Source: Pseudomonadota bacterium (GTDB taxonomy: Bacteria > Desulfobacterota > Binatia > Binatales > Binataceae). From it: a stretch of DNA of 64,000 bases. This document shows positions 62,163 to 64,000 of this stretch, in pieces. Location: assembly GCA_021324755.1 (NCBI GenBank), contig JAJPIL010000001.1, forward strand, positions 152 through 64,151. The letters are read 5' to 3'. The notes beneath the pieces were generated by a model, which ran no database searches, was not told the origin of the DNA, and saw nothing but the letters and a program-made list of their open reading frames with translations. Position 1 is the first letter of the stretch. Every line of letters begins with the position of its first letter. Both the position numbers and the translations under genes were made by a program.

Positions 62163-64000
62163 ACGTGCTTACCTTTCGAAGCTCCTGACTCGAGCATCGA
62201 GTAAAGCACTACGCGCTCAGTCGCTTTACGTTTGCCGACAGGCTCTTGGCTGTCCAGATAGACGCGCACGCGCTCTGTGGGTGCGGTGGGAAGGTTTTTG
62301 CCGGCATAATTGGGACGAATAGGCAACGCACGATGGCCTCTGTCGATAAGCACCGCCAACCTAACCGAAGCCGGCCGACCAGCGTTCCACAAGGCGTTCA
62401 TCGCGCGCTGGACGGTCCATCCGCTATTAATCACGTCATCGACCAGCACGATCGTTCTTCCGTCGAAGGCTAGGCCATCCTTACCCTCAAGGGGAACGAT
62501 CCTTGCTTCGTCGCCGACAACACTCACTGCCGCGCATGGCAGAACAATCCCGGTCTTGTCGGCGATGAGGTCGCGCAGGCGCAGCGCCAAGATAGCGCCA
62601 CGAGTAAGGATGCCCACCACGGTCACACCGGTAAGATCGCTCAGATCGGCGATTATTTGCTCAGCCAGACTCTCGAGCGCGCGCCTCATCTCCTGCGCGT
62701 TCATCACTTCGCGCTGCGGTCCACGCCGGTACGGCTCATAGCCGCTTTCCTCGGCCTGTTTCGGGTCGCGGAACACCATAAGCGACCCCTCCTCGACCCA
62801 TCGCCGCACATAGCCGTACAAAGTTTCGTCAAAACGATAGTACCGGCGCGAACGGCTGTTACCCACGTAATCGAAGCGCGCCTCATGCTCGCAGTAATCG
62901 CACTGGAGCGTCAGCGCGGACCGATCTCCCCATGGCGCGAATCTAAAACGCGGACTGAGGTAGGCGCTTTCGCTTCGCGTGATACAGGTGGGATTGGCGC
63001 ACATGGGATGAACGCGCGAGCTGAAGGCGATCGCCTTTGGCGAACGGCGCGGCTTTGCCTCTCCCTGCGCGGCTAGCTGGATAAGCCATGCTATCAAAGC
63101 CATTCGTACGGGCACCCCGACGGCGGCCTGCTCGAAGTAGATGGCCCGCGGATCGCTATCCAATTCATAAGCCAACTCATCAGTACGAGGCAGCGGATGC
63201 ATGATTACGGCCGACTGGGTTCGACTGCCACGAATCGCGCGCGAATCGACGTGAAAATATTCGGAGCCCACCTCGTGCCCATCCTTGAGCCGTTCGCGCT
63301 GAAGCCGCGTTACATAAAGCGCGTCGACCACAGGCGGATCTGACTTTACAGCGCGAGCAGCCCCGGCAGCCATCTCGCCGGTGAAAAGCGCCATCTGATG
63401 GGGTTCACGCGGCGTGAGATAAAGCGCATCGAGATCGGAAGCCAGGGACTTCAACTCGGCTATGCTCACCGTGGCGAATTTATAGTTGCGCTGCACTGCT
63501 AGGCGCGCCAAAACATGCTCCGGAACCTCCATGCCTTTGTTGGGCACTGCCAAAATATTGGCTCCAAAACGGGCAAGCGCGTACATCAGCGAATGAACCG
63601 TTCGCCCGTAGCGAAGGTCGCCACAGATCGCCACGGTGAGGCCCTTAAGGTCTCCTTTCTTGGAGCGAAGAATGTAGAGATCGCACAGTGTCTGGGTCGG
63701 ATGCTCTCGGCTGCCATCGCCGGCGTTGATTACGGGCGACGAGGCGTACTCGGCTGCCACTTTCGCTGCGCCCTCGTGCGGATGGCGTAACACGATCAGG
63801 TCAGCATACGCTGACACCACGCGCACGGTGTCGGCCAAACTCTCGCCCTTGGCAACTGAGCTCGTCTTCATATCGGCTGAGCTTATGACCGAGCCTCCCA
63901 GCCGATGCATCGCGGCTTCGAAACTCAAACGGGTACGCGTCGAGGGTTCGTAGAACAAAGTCGCCATAATAAGGCCTTGAGCAAGGCGCGGAGTGTCGCC
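62159..64000 (-). CDS. pyrB-pyrR: aspartate carbamoyltransferase catalytic chain (5' end beyond the window) fused in frame to a PyrI-like zinc domain and a C-terminal PyrR (pyrimidine operon regulator / UPRTase) domain
   Basis: The ORF (62159..63967) begins mid-PyrB at YEPSTRTRLSFE, and the reading frame runs on to the window edge at 64000. After the PyrB C-terminus (HPLPRTDEL ... RMALIAWLIQL) comes CANPTCITRSE ... LQCDYCEHEARFD, which resembles the PyrI Zn domain. A PyrR/PRTase domain follows (VGILTRGAILA ... IVLVDDVINSGWTVQRA). No stop codon separates them. Confidence 0.75.
   Translation of the reverse strand, partial: GDTPRLAQGLIMATLFYEPSTRTRLSFEAAMHRLGGSVISSADMKTSSVAKGESLADTVRVVSAYADLIVLRHPHEGAAKVAAEYASSPVINAGDGSREHPTQTLCDLYILRSKKGDLKGLTVAICGDLRYGRTVHSLMYALARFGANILAVPNKGMEVPEHVLARLAVQRNYKFATVSIAELKSLASDLDALYLTPREPHQMALFTGEMAAGAARAVKSDPPVVDALYVTRLQRERLKDGHEVGSEYFHVDSRAIRGSRTQSAVIMHPLPRTDELAYELDSDPRAIYFEQAAVGVPVRMALIAWLIQLAAQGEAKPRRSPKAIAFSSRVHPMCANPTCITRSESAYLSPRFRFAPWGDRSALTLQCDYCEHEARFDYVGNSRSRRYYRFDETLYGYVRRWVEEGSLMVFRDPKQAEESGYEPYRRGPQREVMNAQEMRRALESLAEQIIADLSDLTGVTVVGILTRGAILALRLRDLIADKTGIVLPCAAVSVVGDEARIVPLEGKDGLAFDGRTIVLVDDVINSGWTVQRAMNALWNAGRPASVRLAVLIDRGHRALPIRPNYAGKNLPTAPTERVRVYLDSQEPVGKRKATERVVLYSMLESGASKGKHV

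Overview
This is a 64-kb window of a diderm (Gram-negative-type) bacterial chromosome with pronounced compositional mosaicism. I could find no rRNA, tRNA or CRISPR.

Two regions could hold a previously undescribed system. The first is the unannotatable 93-aa + 342-aa gene pair (837..2242) sitting between mazEF and mrr. The second is the integrase-less replicon-like module (17691..20810) with its flanking iteron-like arrays at 18742..18916 and 21282..22100.

Layout, left to right:
- 1..5.3 kb: a lower-GC islet. It holds a small membrane protein, a tightly linked pair of unrecognisable genes (93 aa, then 342 aa with a C-terminal transmembrane helix), a MazE/MazF toxin-antitoxin pair and an Mrr type IV restriction enzyme. 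This looks like a defence/addiction island.
- 5.4..17.7 kb: a very GC-rich block (about 68-70% by eye). It carries a GH88/GH105-like six-hairpin glycoside hydrolase, a MerR regulator preceded by an array of about 8 degenerate 35-bp direct repeats, a classical menaquinone operon (menF-menD-menH-menB-menA-menC), an OmpA-family lipoprotein with a 21-residue polyproline linker, and a secreted hypothetical protein.
- 17.7..22.2 kb: a co-directional replicon-like module. It consists of a replication-initiator-like 'IRPEFW' protein, a zinc-ribbon protein, about 5 x 35-bp iteron-like repeats, a basic/acidic hypothetical protein and an AbrB-type regulator. It is followed by a striking array of 21 x 39-bp tandem repeats.
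- 22.2..27.3 kb: lower-GC genes (MscS/MscK-like channel, HAD phosphatase, F420-type LLM oxidoreductase).
- 27.3..32.7 kb: the GlgE alpha-glucan pathway (glgE, then a treS-maltokinase fusion).
- 32.8..41.2 kb: a Tad/Flp pilus locus (tadC, tadB, cpaF, cpaE, cpaC, a small lipoprotein, cpaB, flp).
- 42.5..64.0 kb: housekeeping genes: SPOR protein, argS, VOC enzyme, recD2, DUF192, folD, dgt, rlpA, an HExxH lipoprotein, recG, carB, carA, pyrC, and an apparent in-frame PyrB / PyrI-zinc-domain / PyrR fusion that runs off the window end.
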